The notes under the pieces are model-generated. The model was given only the letters and a program-made list of their open reading frames with translations. It did no database searches and was not told where the DNA came from. Positions 13,661 to 25,492 of a stretch of DNA of 64,000 bases are shown here, one piece after another. The stretch is taken from contig CM059438.1 of NCBI GenBank assembly GCA_030390025.1, positions 69,876,001-69,940,000 on the forward strand. Direction: 5' to 3'. This stretch comes from Squalus acanthias (taxonomy: Eukaryota). The position numbers and the translations under genes are program-made. Position 1 is the first letter of the stretch; each line of letters opens with the position of its first letter.

Positions 13661-14758
13661 ACTGAAATACTCTTAGTCAGTATGGCTCATTCTCTTGGTA
13701 CTCAATCATTTTTTTGAGCACATATCTTTGAAGAGTCTAAGTGTAAATCCATTCATTCACATCGGAGGAAGTGGATTTGGAGTGGATTGGCTGTTAAAGG
13801 GGGAGGTGTCTTCATACTAAAGCTTCTGGCAAATCTTTTGTGTGTGGTGTGGGGGAGTGGGGTGGAGGAAAGAGTACAGCCAGAAAATTGATTTGTCTAC
13901 TTGGTAGGAATGACAAATGCACAAATGACTGGTTGATGAACATTCAGGTGCTTTCTGTTGTGTCGTGTTTTTGTAACAAAGGAAAAAAGGGTTCTGCTGA
14001 ATATGGTTTCCATGATGATGAGTCCTTTTATGTATCATTAGTACCCCGTGAACAAACACAATCTGAATTCAGGGAACAGCACACAGTCATGCAGATTCCC
14101 AGTTTCACTTCCAACAGACAAGCCCCATGGAATAATTCAATCTTAAATGAGTTACAAATTCCCAGAAGACAAACTTCAGTTTGCTTTATTTTCTGTTTTA
14201 TTTTGCTTTATTTGATATCTGCTCGTCCATGTTCAAGACTATCTGGTGATTTTTGCATTGCTTTTATGTGTACTAATTATGGACTTATGTGGAGAATCTT
14301 TTATTTCCTACATTTCGTTAGTCCTAATAAAGGAGCCATAATATTGTGTCCCACTATCGATCTCTTTCCCCGTCCAATTCATGATGAACAATTTTTCCTC
14401 ATTTCCCTTTTGATAATGGCAGTTAAGATTATTGCTAACCTTCTTATCTCTTAACAACTGTTGAGTTTTCCCTCCTGTAACATTCAGTTCTTTCTACTCA
14501 GCAAACTCTTTGTTCTATCACAGTTAAACAGAGCATCAGTTTTTGGGTCTGATGCAACAATGTTATTTATGTTGCATGTCTCTGTATGTTTGACTAGTTT
14601 GAGTTACCAAGGTGTGCTTTTGTGCATGTGGGATCGTTCTGGATTCAGGCAGCAGTAGTCAATATATTTGAGGTATTCATGAATCTCAATAGCAAGGAAA
14701 TGATACACATGGCAGTCGCAGTTTGTGACTATTAAAACAGGCCTATGGTTGAGACTTT

Positions 14759-16445
14759 GAACATAAGAACATAAGAACATAAGAAATAGGAGCAGGAGTA
14801 GGCCAATCGGCCCCTCGAGCCTGCTCCGCCATTCAATAAGATCATGGCTGATCTGATCCTAACCGCCAATCTACTATCTATCACAGAACCATCTCCTGCA
14901 TCTAACAGAATCAGGCTACACGGTCCCTGGGCCCGCTCCACTACCCACAGGGCCGTGACCGGATCCGAACCCAGACTCATGTCCAAATTCCTGCCCGCTC
15001 CCCGTAACCCTTAATGCCCTTTACTTCTAGGAAACTGTCTATTTCTGTTTTAAATTTATTTAATGATGTAGCTTGTACAGCTTTTTGTGGCAGCATATTC
15101 CATGGACCTACCACCCTCCTGAGTGAAGTAGTTCCTCCTCATCTCAGTTTTGAAAGAGCAGCCCCTTATTCTAAGACTATGTCCCCTAGTTCTAGTCTCA
15201 CCCGTCATCGGGAACATCCTCCCCGCATCCACCCGATCCAACCCCTTCACAATCTTATATGTTTCAATAAGATCGCCTCTCATTCTTCTGAACTCCAATG
15301 AGTAGAGTCCCAATCTACCCAACCTCTCCTCATATGACCACCCCCTCATCCCCGGGATTAACCGAGTGAACCTTTTTTGCACTGCCTCGAGAGCAAGGAT
15401 GTCTTTCCTTAAGTAAGGACACCAAAACTGTATGCAGTATTCCAGGTGCGGTCTCACCAATACCTTGTACAACTGAAGCAATACCTCCCTATTTTTATAT
15501 TCTATCCCCCTAGCAATGAAAGCCAACATTCCATTTGCCTTCTTAATCACTTGCTGCACCTGCATACTAACCTTTTGAGTTTCGTGCACCAGGACCCCCA
15601 GATCCCTTTGCACTTCAGTACTCTCCAGTTTCTTGCCATTAAGATAATAAATTGCTCTCGGATTTTTCCTGCCAAAGTGCATCACCTCACACTTTCCAGT
15701 GTTGTATTCCATCTGCCAAATCTCTGCCCACTTACTTAGCCTGTCTCTGTCCCCTTGCAGGTTTTTTATGTCCTCCTCACTCACTACTTTCCCTCCCATC
15801 TTTGTATCATCTGCAAATTTTGATATGTTACACTTGGTCCCTTCCTCCAAATCGTTAATATAGATTGTAAAGAGTTGGGGACCCAGCACTGACCCCTGTG
15901 GAACACCACTAGTTACTGATTGCCAGTCTGAGAATGAACCATTTATCCCAACTCTTTGCTTTCTGTTAGATAGCCAATCCTCTATCCATGCCAGAATATT
16001 ACCCCCAATCCCGTGATTTTTTACCTTAAGCAATAATCTTTTGTGTGGCACCTTGTCAAATGCCTTTTGGAAGTCTAAATACACTACGTCCACTGGTTCC
16101 CCTTTATCCACCTTCTCACCCTCTAATTGAATATGGAATTCAACCATGTTATGGTCACTCATTCCAAGGGGATCCTTTACTAGGACATTTTTAATTAATC
16201 CTGTCTCGTTACACAGGACCAGATCTAAGGTTGCTTGCCCCCTGGTCGGTTCAGTTACATACTGCTCAAGAAACCCATCCCTAATACACTCAATGAACTC
16301 ATCCTCAAGGCAGCCCTGCCCCATTTGATTTGTCCAATTAATATGATAGTTAAAATCCCCCATAATTATAGATGTTCCCTTATTACATGCCTCAACTATT
16401 TCCTGATTGATACTCCGTCCAACAGAGTTGCAACTGTTCGGAGGC
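14759..16445 (-). mobile_element. CR1 LINE, 5'-truncated, with an in-frame internal deletion of about 1 kb
   Basis: ORF 15056-16540 joins the endonuclease end (SDHNMVEFHIQLEGEK) directly to RT (VDKGEPVDVVYLDFQKAFD...FADD). (TTCTTATG)n tail at 14759-14785. Same family as 21683-25693. Confidence 0.95.
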
Positions 16446-17042
16446 AGTAGGCTTGCCAGTTTAATTACGATGCACCTCTGAAGTTGGGCTTCGAGGCATA
16501 TTGTATGAGCAAAATATATAGACCTCAGGATCATAACCAAATGGTGTTGACTTCAAGATATGTGCTAACACTTGTTGGAAAGTAAAATAATGAAATGAGT
16601 ACTTTTAGTTATGATGCAATAACAAATAAGATCAATACGCTGATGTGATTTTTGTTCCTTGTAGCTCAGCTATAGAAGAATGAAAAAAGCGCAGTAATCT
16701 CTGAACCAACTGTTTTATGACCGTGTGACTAACTCTAAATATGGACAGAAAAATGTGCTGAATAACTGTATAAACACTGAAAATGATGAAAGGAGTCACT
16801 ATGAGTATTGCTGTTGGTTTTTTTTCTTCAGTTTACTGTGTTTTTGGTGAGGATTATTCAGTCAGCACCTGCCGGTGAACTTGTTCTTGTCTACCAATTG
16901 GGGAGAGATTAAGATGCCAGTGATAAGAGCTCTTGATCTTGGTCATTTTTTTTTAAACAGACTGACTGCTGCCAACGACCGGAAGCTGCGCAGAAGCGTA
17001 CTGCACATTAATCTGGAAGCTGATATCGATGATGTTTCTGCG

Positions 17043-17173
17043 TTTTTTCTCACAGACCCTGCGAGTCCCGAGGCCCACTCCGTGTTCCCGGCATTTTTTT
17101 CTCTAGACCCCGTGAGTCCCGAAGGCCTGCTCGGTTTCCGGCATTTTTTCCCCAGGCCTTGTGAGTCTCGAAG
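17043..17173. repeat. Degenerate CpG-rich minisatellite, about 50 bp x 2.5
   Basis: The unit tttttt(c)tc..agaccc.g.gagtcccga.ggcc...ccggca occurs twice plus a partial third copy. Confidence 0.6.
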
Positions 17174-17224
17174 CGAACATCCAAAAAAAACACTGAGACT
17201 GTGCATGTTCAACTACCATAACTT

Positions 17225-17716
17225 TTTTTTTATTCGTTCATGGGATGTGGACGTCGCTGGCAAGGCCAGCATTTATTGCACATCCCCAGTTGCCCTTGAG
17301 AAGGTGGTGGTGAGCTGCCTTCTTGAACCTCTGCAGTCCGTGTGGTGAAGGTACTCCAACAGTGCTGTTAGGGAGGGAATTCCAGGATTTTGACCCAGCG
17401 ACGATGAAGGAACGGCGATATACTTCCAAGTCAGGATGGTGTGTGATTTGGAGGGGAACTTGGAGGTGGTGGTGTTCCCATGCGCCTGCTGCCCTTGTCT
17501 TTCTAGGTTTTAGAGGTCGTGGGTTTGGGAGGTGCTGCCGAAGGAGCCTTGGCGAGTTGCTGCAGTGCATCTAGTAGATGGTACACACTGCAGCCACGGT
17601 ACGCCGGTGGTGGAGGGAGTGAATGTTTAAGGTGGTGGAGGGGGTGCCAATCAAGCGGGCTGCTTTGTCCTGGATGGTGTCAAGCTTCTTGAGTGTTATT
17701 GGAGCTGCACTCATCC
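17225..17716 (-). mobile_element. 3' end of a CR1-group (Zenon-like) LINE
   Basis: ORF 17238-17570 has HCSNSPRLLRQHLPNPRP...WNSLPNS...LQRFKKAAHHHLL, followed by AATAAA and an A tail. A likely related RT fragment lies at 48860-49380. Confidence 0.75.
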
Positions 17717-17879
17717 TCACAGATGTTGCGGAACTATTTTATTCTGATGGATGTGAAGGTGCTAAAGAAGCTAGCTTTATAAACTGCATTCATTTACAAC
17801 ACATATCCACATTAGCGTGACGTACAAAGGGGTTAAAACAAGCAGATAGGAAGTGATAGGTGTACAAAGCACTAGTCCA

Positions 17880-19090
17880 CCCTCAACTTTACTATTGTGT
17901 ATAGTACTGGGGACACCACAGCAAGACATCCTGGAGGGAGTACAACAAGGGGCTACTAAGTTGATAGTGACCAACCGAACACTGCAAAAGATTCAAGAAC
18001 TGGAAATGTTTGCATTGAATAAAAGGCAGCTGAGAGGGGACCTTATTGAGATATTTAAGAACTTTTAAGGGAATACATAAACTCAATTCCTGAAAAATGT
18101 TCAATGTTAGCACAAGCTGTAGGACCAGGGTAAATGTGTTCAAAATTAGATAAGGAAAGATACAACTTCTTCAGGTAGAAGGTGGTAAACATCTGGAATA
18201 GCCTACCCGTGACAGTCTGCAAGACGTGCGGAAATCGCTCCTCGCCCTGTCCAACAGTTTCCAAAGTTGAGACCCGTCGAACAGACAACACAAAACCCAA
18301 TGAATCTGTGAAACTTCTTTTACTTAAAAATCAGCAAGAGACAACAAGTAAGCATCTGACAGTTATGTAGTGTATAATAATTCCCAATTATACCTCAGCA
18401 CACACAGAACTATCCCTTTACTTTAAGCTCAAGCAAAACATCACGTGCGTACTAACACCAGCGAGTGGTCAATCCGGCAGTGACAACACGTATGATTTCT
18501 GGCAACTGACCAGGTCGCCCGGCTGCAGCCCTGAGTGACTTGAAACAGCATCTTTTATACCCCAAAACTTGGCAACCCTCCCACTGCTTACATGTCCCTA
18601 ACTATACGGCATTAGTTGTTTTTCAGTTACTCTTATCAATAGTCCGTTAAGCATCCGTGGGCTTCAAGGCCGGTTATATTCCATAGTTTGAAGATGTTTC
18701 TGTTTTTGCACTGATTCCACAGCTCAATAGTCTGTTCCCACAGAACTTTCAAAGTCTGTTTTCCTTATCTGCTGAAAGATAATTGGCAGCTTTCACAGCT
18801 TAAAACCACAGCATCTCAGCAACCAGTCTCTTGGCCTCGCGAAGCATGATGGTACATAAAATGTGGTCAACTTTTAAGTTTGGTCAAGTGACAGCAAAAG
18901 TTATAGCAAATTGTGTGTTCTTACACAGTGAAAATGGGATGTTGTAAATTTTAAGAGGATTTAAGATTTTTTTTTGGCAGACAGGGCTATTGCAGGACAT
19001 TAAAGGTAAAGTGGGATAAGAATTCTGACCTTTTGGGATCCAATTGAGGATTACGGTGGTCATTTCTAGTCCTGTATATAGTCTTGTGTT
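17880..19090 (+). mobile_element. Old CR1 3' fragment interrupted by a solo LTR
   Basis: ILEGVQQGATKLI...RQLRGDLIEIFK and VVNIWNSLP motifs; LINE-like sequence resumes after 18930. Confidence 0.6.
18218..18925 (-). mobile_element. Solo LTR (ERV or Gypsy type), 708 bp
   Basis: TG...CA ends with short inverted termini TGCAAGA / TCTTACA and near-TSD CAGTC / CAGTG. On the minus strand a TATA box (gtataaaa, about 18553-18560) precedes an AGTAAA polyA-like signal (18319-18324). Inserted into a CR1 remnant. Confidence 0.7.
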
Positions 19091-19810
19091 CCTTCGGAAA
19101 TTGGGAGCTGGTGGAGGGTCCTAGTTTAAGTATGTTCTAGTGATGTTTCAAGGACAACCAGGCTCTTCTGGACTTTGCTCGCTTGCCTTAGGGAGTTGGA
19201 GAGGAATTTCTCAGGGCTTATCTAGAAATTGGCCGCAGATTTAAAAAAAAACTTTTTTGCCTCCCCCAGGAATTAGAATTGCTTGTGATCGGAGTGTAGT
19301 GCATGCGGTTATACTGTCTACTGGACAGGGCGAGCACTAATGGGCCTGATGGTCTTTTGTCACCTTTCTTTTTGTGTGCTCATAGCATGGGATTTAATTG
19401 GGATGTTGAAGTTCAACCTTGTTTTCCTGATTCCACAGGATAATTTGTAGCTCTGCTGCATCTCCAATAAACACTAAACAGTTTACCTGACAGTAGAGAG
19501 TAACTGCAAGATTTAATTTGAAATCTTAGCTGCAAAAGTGATTACGATTTCTCATTAGCAATTTTCATGGGACAGTGCATCTAATAATGAACTCCCTGGG
19601 GCATGAGGTGAGGAAATTTATCAATTCTGTCAGTAATAGTGAATAATAAAAAACTATACATTACTTCTTGAGAGGAATAACTGCAGAGTTGCTCCAAAAC
19701 ATGAAATCTAAAATATAAGAGAAACAGTGGGAGGGCTGAAATTAAAACATAAAATGCTGGAAATACTCAGCAGGTCAGGCAACATCTCTGGAGAGAGAAA
19801 CAGAGTTAAT

Positions 19811-21578
19811 GGGCTTGATTTTGCCGGCGCTCAGAGGTCGGGTTTGGAGGCGGGTCCGCTGTCAAAATAGCAAAGATTGACAGCGGGTAGGAAACCCGCT
19901 GTTAACCCGCCTCCACGCGAGTCTCCCAGGTGTCGGATCTGTCAGCAGAGAACTGACCCGACATCAAGCGGCGGGGGAGACAATTGAGCTCATTAAATGA
20001 CTTGTTAACAGCCAATTTAATGGTATTTTGAGGCTCCCTTCCAATTTTACGTGCTCCCCCACGGGTTACCCGGGAACGCGCCAGCTCACCCTGGCTTGAG
20101 CTGAGTCTGCTCTGATGTTTCTGATAAGCTGACAGCTGCAGAAGTGGTGTGAAGGATGCCATGTTGCAGATGGTCAGTTTCAGAGTGCAGAAACTGTTGG
20201 ATACTGCATTTGTAAGACATATAGAGATTTCTTTATATAGATTCTTTAGCTTGCAAGTGTTTAGGGCCAACTGTATGTCCAGTGCCACCTCATTGGAACA
20301 ACCTCTCTCACCATTGACAAATAGCTTCTGTCATCTCACCTGCAGCTGACATCTATTGCAGCAACATCGGTGCCCTAGAAACTATCTCACCTTGCTCCTC
20401 TGATTCCTTCCATGCTCAGCCCCAACACCAACATCACCAGGCACACCAGCAGCACTAACAACATCACCAACTTCCTCCGCCATCACCTGATGCTGCACAG
20501 GACACAGGGCATCAGCCCCTGACAACATTGCTGTCCGGGAGACCTGCGATGGCATCACCATGGCCAGATTTACTTCACTTGACGCTGTAAACCCTGGCTG
20601 CTACATGATGCACCAGGTTGACACCATCCCACACTAGCACCGGAAAGCATCCCTTTAATGTCCAAGCCATTCCATGCACACTCATCACTATAGCGGGCGG
20701 CAGGGGCAGGGGTGTTATGTCACAACATTCACTGGAACTCAGTAAGACACTTCTCAAGGTGCGCACAGATCTGTCCAGTAAGGGGCACTTTTGAAAAAGA
20801 GATTTCACTGTATGACAACACATTACCAGAAACTTCACATGGACATTGGCTAAACCTCTCAAGTGCCTACCCTTGCGTGTTGTGAGTTGGTATGCTTGCA
20901 GTAGGATGAGGATGAGTGTGAGGGGTGGCTATTGAGATGGGGAAGTGATAATGTAGATAGAGAGGGATGGGTGGAGGTGCAAGGTAAGTTGGGGTGAGTA
21001 AGGGTGTGCAGGAGAAGGGTATGGAAGGCAGAGTAATGGGCATAGGTTGAGTGGCACAGAAGGGTGAGTTGGAGTATGGCTTTGCAGTAATGTTTCGTGA
21101 TCCACTGAGATCCTTGAAAGGTTGGCGCCACTGCAGCCAGGGACCCCTGACAACATCCCTGTTTTTGCCCTCCCACACAATGTGCAACCAGGCTGCGTTG
21201 GTCTCCTGGGGAGGTCTCTTCTGCCCTTGGAAGGGAAGAGGACCTCCCTGCGTGCTGTGACTCCCTCCATAAGGATATGGAGGGAGTCATTGGAGAGCCT
21301 GGGTGCAACCGTCCACCTTTGTGCAGTATTTGCAGCACCTCAATTCTGTCAAACACTGACAGAACAACTGTCAAACTCAATGTGGCTGTGGTCCCTTTAA
21401 GGAAACCGGCTGATGACGCGTCATCAAATGACATCATCAGACCCACTTCCTGTTAATTGCCCGGGAAGCCCGCAGGGCCAATCAAGGGAAAATCCCATCG
21501 ACAGAGCCTGGAGTGGGACTGGAACCCGGCAAATAGCTATCCCGCCACCATCCCGACACCGCTGAGAAAATCCAGCCC
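19811..21578 (-). mobile_element. Non-autonomous Harbinger element with Myb/SANT-like exon remnant
   Basis: TIRs gggcttgatttt / aaaatccagccc, TSD AAT (19808-19810, 21579-21581). Minus strand 21100-21310 encodes, across frameshifts, LMEGVTARREVLFP...AW...GPWLQWRQPFKDL. A likely transposase C-terminal remnant (IAVRETCDGITMARF) is at about 20527-20571 on the plus strand. Confidence 0.85.
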
Positions 21579-21686
21579 AATGTTTCAGGTTGATAACCCA
21601 TCGTCAGAACTGGAAAAAGTTAGAGATGTAACAGGTTTGAAGCAAGTGCAGGGGAAGGGAAAGGTGGGAGGGGAGGAAAGAACCAT

Positions 21687-22550
21687 GTGTGCGGGAAGTG
21701 TATCCAGCTGCAGCTTCTGACAGCCCGCATTGTGGCGCTGGAGCTGCGGCTGGATGCATATTGGAGCATTCGCGATGCTGAGAACCTCGTGGATAGCACG
21801 TTTAGTGAGTTGGTCACACCGCAGGTGAAGGGTGTACAGGCAGGAAGGGAATGGGTGACCACCAGGCAGAGTAGGAGGTGCAGGCAGGTAGTGCAGGGGT
21901 CCACTGTGGCCATCCCCCTCTCAAACAGATATACCGCTTTGGATACTGTTGGGGGGGATGACTTAGGGGAAGGCAGCAGCAGCCAACTTCCTGGCACCAT
22001 GGGCGGCTCTGCTGCACAGGCTGGGAGGAAAAAGAGTGGAAGAGCTATAGTGATAGGGGACTCAATTGTAAGGGGAATAGATAGGCGTTTCTGCAGCCGC
22101 AACCGAGACTCCAGGATGGTGTGTTGCCTCCCTGGTGCAAGGGTCAAGGACGTCTCGGAGCGGCTACAGAACATTTTGGAGGGGGAGGGCGAACAGCCAG
22201 CTGTCGTGGTGCACATAGGCACCAACGATATAGGTAAAAAAGGGGATGAGGTCCTAAAAGCAGAATATAGGGAGTTAGGAGTTAAATTAAAAAAGAGGAC
22301 CTCAAAGGTAGTAATCTCAGGATTGCTACCAGTGCCACGTGCTAGTCAGAGTAGAAATAGGAGGATACTTCAAATGAATACGTGGCTAGAGGAATGGTGC
22401 AAGGGGGAGGGATTCAAATTCCTGGGACATTGGAACCGGTTCTGGGGGAGGTGGGACCAGTACAAACCGGATGGTCTGCACCTGGGCAGGGCTGGGACCG
22501 CTGTCCTAGGGGGAGTGTTTGCTAGTGCTGTTGGGGAGGATTTAAACTAA
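21687..22550 (+). CDS. CR1 ORF1p (5'-truncated; Cys motif, coiled coil and SGNH/GDSL esterase domain)
   Basis: CGKC...LELRL, VIGDSIVR, CLPGARV, HIGTND and DGLHL motifs; stop overlaps the ORF2 ATG (TAATG). Confidence 0.9.
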   Translation: MCGKCIQLQLLTARIVALELRLDAYWSIRDAENLVDSTFSELVTPQVKGVQAGREWVTTRQSRRCRQVVQGSTVAIPLSNRYTALDTVGGDDLGEGSSSQLPGTMGGSAAQAGRKKSGRAIVIGDSIVRGIDRRFCSRNRDSRMVCCLPGARVKDVSERLQNILEGEGEQPAVVVHIGTNDIGKKGDEVLKAEYRELGVKLKKRTSKVVISGLLPVPRASQSRNRRILQMNTWLEEWCKGEGFKFLGHWNRFWGRWDQYKPDGLHLGRAGTAVLGGVFASAVGEDLN

Positions 22551-25492
22551 TGTGGCAGGGGGTTGGGAAGCTGAGCAGGGAGACAGAGGAAAGCATGTCA
22601 GGAAGGGACAGAAGGTATGGAGTAAAAGGTAAAGTGTTAAATAAGGAAAAAGCAGGAAATAAGTGTCGCAAATCACATTTGAAAGTTCTTTATCTGAATG
22701 CACGTAGCATTCGTAACAAAATTGATGAGTTAATGGCACAAATAACTATGTATGGGTATGATCTTGTGGCCATTACAGAAACATGGCTGCAGGGTGAAAA
22801 CGTCTGGGAATTAAATATGCCAGGGTATTAAACAATCAGGAAGGACAGGCAGGAAGGAAGGGGAGGGGGGGGGTGGCTATGTTAATAAAGGAAGGAATCA
22901 CTGTAATACAGATAAATGATATTGGGTCAAAAGATCAGGATAATGAAACAGTTTGGGTAGAGATTAGGAATAATAAGGGGAAAAAAAACACTGGTGGGCG
23001 TAGTATATAGGCCTCCTAATAGTTGCAACTCTGTTGGAAGAAGTATTAATCAGGAAATAGTTGGGGCATGTAGTAAGGGAACAGCTATAATTATGGGGGA
23101 TTTTAACTATCATATTAACTGGACAAATCAAATTGGGCAGGGCAGCCTTGAGGAAGAGTTTATTGAGTGTCTTAGGGATGGATTTCTTGAGCAGTATGTA
23201 ACTGATCCTACAAGGGGGCAAGCAACCTTGGACCTGGTACTGTGTAATGAGTCTGGATTAATTAATAATGTCCTAGTTAAGGATCCCCTTGGAATGAGTG
23301 ACCATAACATGGTTGAATTCCATATCCAATTAGAGGGTGAGAAGGTTGGTTCTCAAACAAGCATACTGAGCTTGAATAAAGGAGACTATGATGGCATGAG
23401 AGCAGAATTGATTAAAGTGGACTGGGAAAATAGATTAAAGGGTAAGACGGTACATGAGCAGTGGTGTTCATTCAAGGAGTTATTTTACAACTTTCAAAAT
23501 AAATATATTCCACTGAGGAAAAAAGGGTGTAAAAGAAATGACAGCCATCCATGGCTAAGTAAAGAAATTAAAGAAAGTATCCAACTAAAAACAAGGACAT
23601 ATAAGGTAGCCAAAGTTAGTGGGAGGATAGAAGATTGGGAAGTCTTCAAAAGACAACAAAAAGTAACTAAAGGATTGATTAAGAAAGGGAAAATAGACTA
23701 TGAAAATAAATTAGCAAAAAATATAAAAACAGCTAGCAAGAGTTTCTATAGTTATATAAAAAGAAAAAGGGTGGTTAAGGCAAACGTAGGTCCCTTAGAG
23801 GATGAGACCGGGAAATTAATGGTGGGAAACATGGAGATGGCAAAAATGCTGAACAAATATTTTGTTTCAGTCTTTACGGTAGAGGACACTAAGAATATCC
23901 CAACACTGGACAAACAGGGGGCTCTAGTGGGGGAGGAGCTAAATACGATTAAAATTACTAAGGAATTGGTACTCAGTAAAATAATGGGACTCAAGGCGGA
24001 TAAATCCCCTGGACCTGACGGCTTACATCCTAGGGTCTTGAGGGAAGTGGCAGTAGGAATTGTGGATGCTTTGGTAATAATTTTCCAAAACTCCCTGAAC
24101 TCAGCAAAGGTCCCGGCAGATTGGAAAACTGCTAATGTAACACCCTTATTTAAAAAGGGTTGTAGGCAGAAGGCTGGGAATTATAGACCAGTTAGCCTAA
24201 CATCTGTGGTGGGTAAATTTTTGGAGTCTATTATTAAGGAGACAGTAACGGAACATTTAGATAAACATAATTTAATAGGACAAAGTCAGCATGGCTTTAT
24301 GAAGGGGAAGTCATGTCTGACAAATTTGCTCGAGTTCTTTGAGGACATAACGTACAGGGTGGATAAAGGGGAACCAGTGGATGTAGTGTATTTAGACTTC
24401 CAGAAGGCATTCGACAAGGTGCCACATAAAAGATTATTACTTAAGATAAAAAATCACTGGATTGGGGGTAATATTCTGGCATGGGTGGAGGATTGGTTAT
24501 CTAACAGGAAGCAGAGAGTTGGGATAAATGGTTCATTCTCGGACTGGCAACCAGTAGCCAGTGGTGTTCCGCAGGGGTCGGTGCTGGGTCCCCAACTCTT
24601 TACAATCTATATTAACGATTTGGAGGAGGGGACCGAGTGTAACATATCAAAGTTTACAGATGATACAAAGATGGGAGGGAAAGTAGAGAGTGAGGAGGAC
24701 ATAAAAAACCTACAAGGGGATATAGACAGGCTGGGTGAGTGGGCAGAGATTTGGCAGATGCAATACAATATTGGAAAATGTGAGGTTATGCACTTTGACA
24801 GGAAAAATCAGAGAGCAAGTTATTATCTTAATGGCGAGAAACTGGAAAGTACTGCAGTACAAAGGGATCTGGGGGTCTTGGTGCAAGAAAATCAAAAAGT
24901 TAGTATGCAGGTGCAGCAGGTGATCAAGAAAGCCAATGGAATGTTGGCTTTTATTGCTAGGGGGATAGAATATAAAAACAGGGAGGTATTGCTGCAGTTG
25001 TATAGGGTATTGGTGAGACCGCACCTGGAGTACTGCATACAGTTTTGGTGTCCATACTTAAGAAAAGACATACTTGCTCTCGAGGCAGTACAAAGAAGGT
25101 TCACTCGGTTAATTCCGGGGATGAGGGAGTGGACATACGAGGAGAGGTTGAGTAGATTGGGACTCTACTCATTGGAGTTCAGAAGAATGAGAGGCGATCT
25201 TATTGAAACATATAAGATTGTGAAGGGGCTTGATCGGGTGGACGCGGTGAGGATGTTCCCAATGATGGGTGAAACTAGAACTAGGGGACATAATCTTAGA
25301 ATAAGGGGCTCCTCTTTCAAAACTGAGATGAGGAGAAACTTTTTCACTCAGAGGGTAGTGGGTCTGTGGAATTTGCTACCCCAGGAAGCTGTGGAAGCTA
25401 CTTCATTAAATAAATTGAAAACAGAAATAGACCGTTTCCTAGAAGTAAAGAGAATCAGGGGTTACGGGGAGCGGGCTGGAAATTGGACATGA
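22550..25492 (+). pseudogene. CR1 ORF2 (endonuclease and reverse transcriptase), disabled near the 5' end
   Basis: YLNARS..ITETWL, then TAA at 22829-22831, an expanded G run (about 22860-22873) and A run (22981-22988). The 832-aa open part has GDFN, SDH, QGSVLGP and FTDD. Confidence 0.92.

Noticed and set aside
13840..14454. 204-aa ORF in non-repeat DNA
   Set aside because: No recognisable domain, composition typical of AT-rich intron, no convincing splice pair.
17043..17173. Repeat-spacer pattern as a CRISPR-like array
   Set aside because: Whole units are similar, with no unique spacers; eukaryotic context and no cas genes.
22829..22990. Compensating frameshifts in CR1 ORF2 as programmed recoding
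   Set aside because: Both indels lie in homopolymer runs (+2 G, +1 A) next to a point stop; ordinary decay or sequencing error is simpler.
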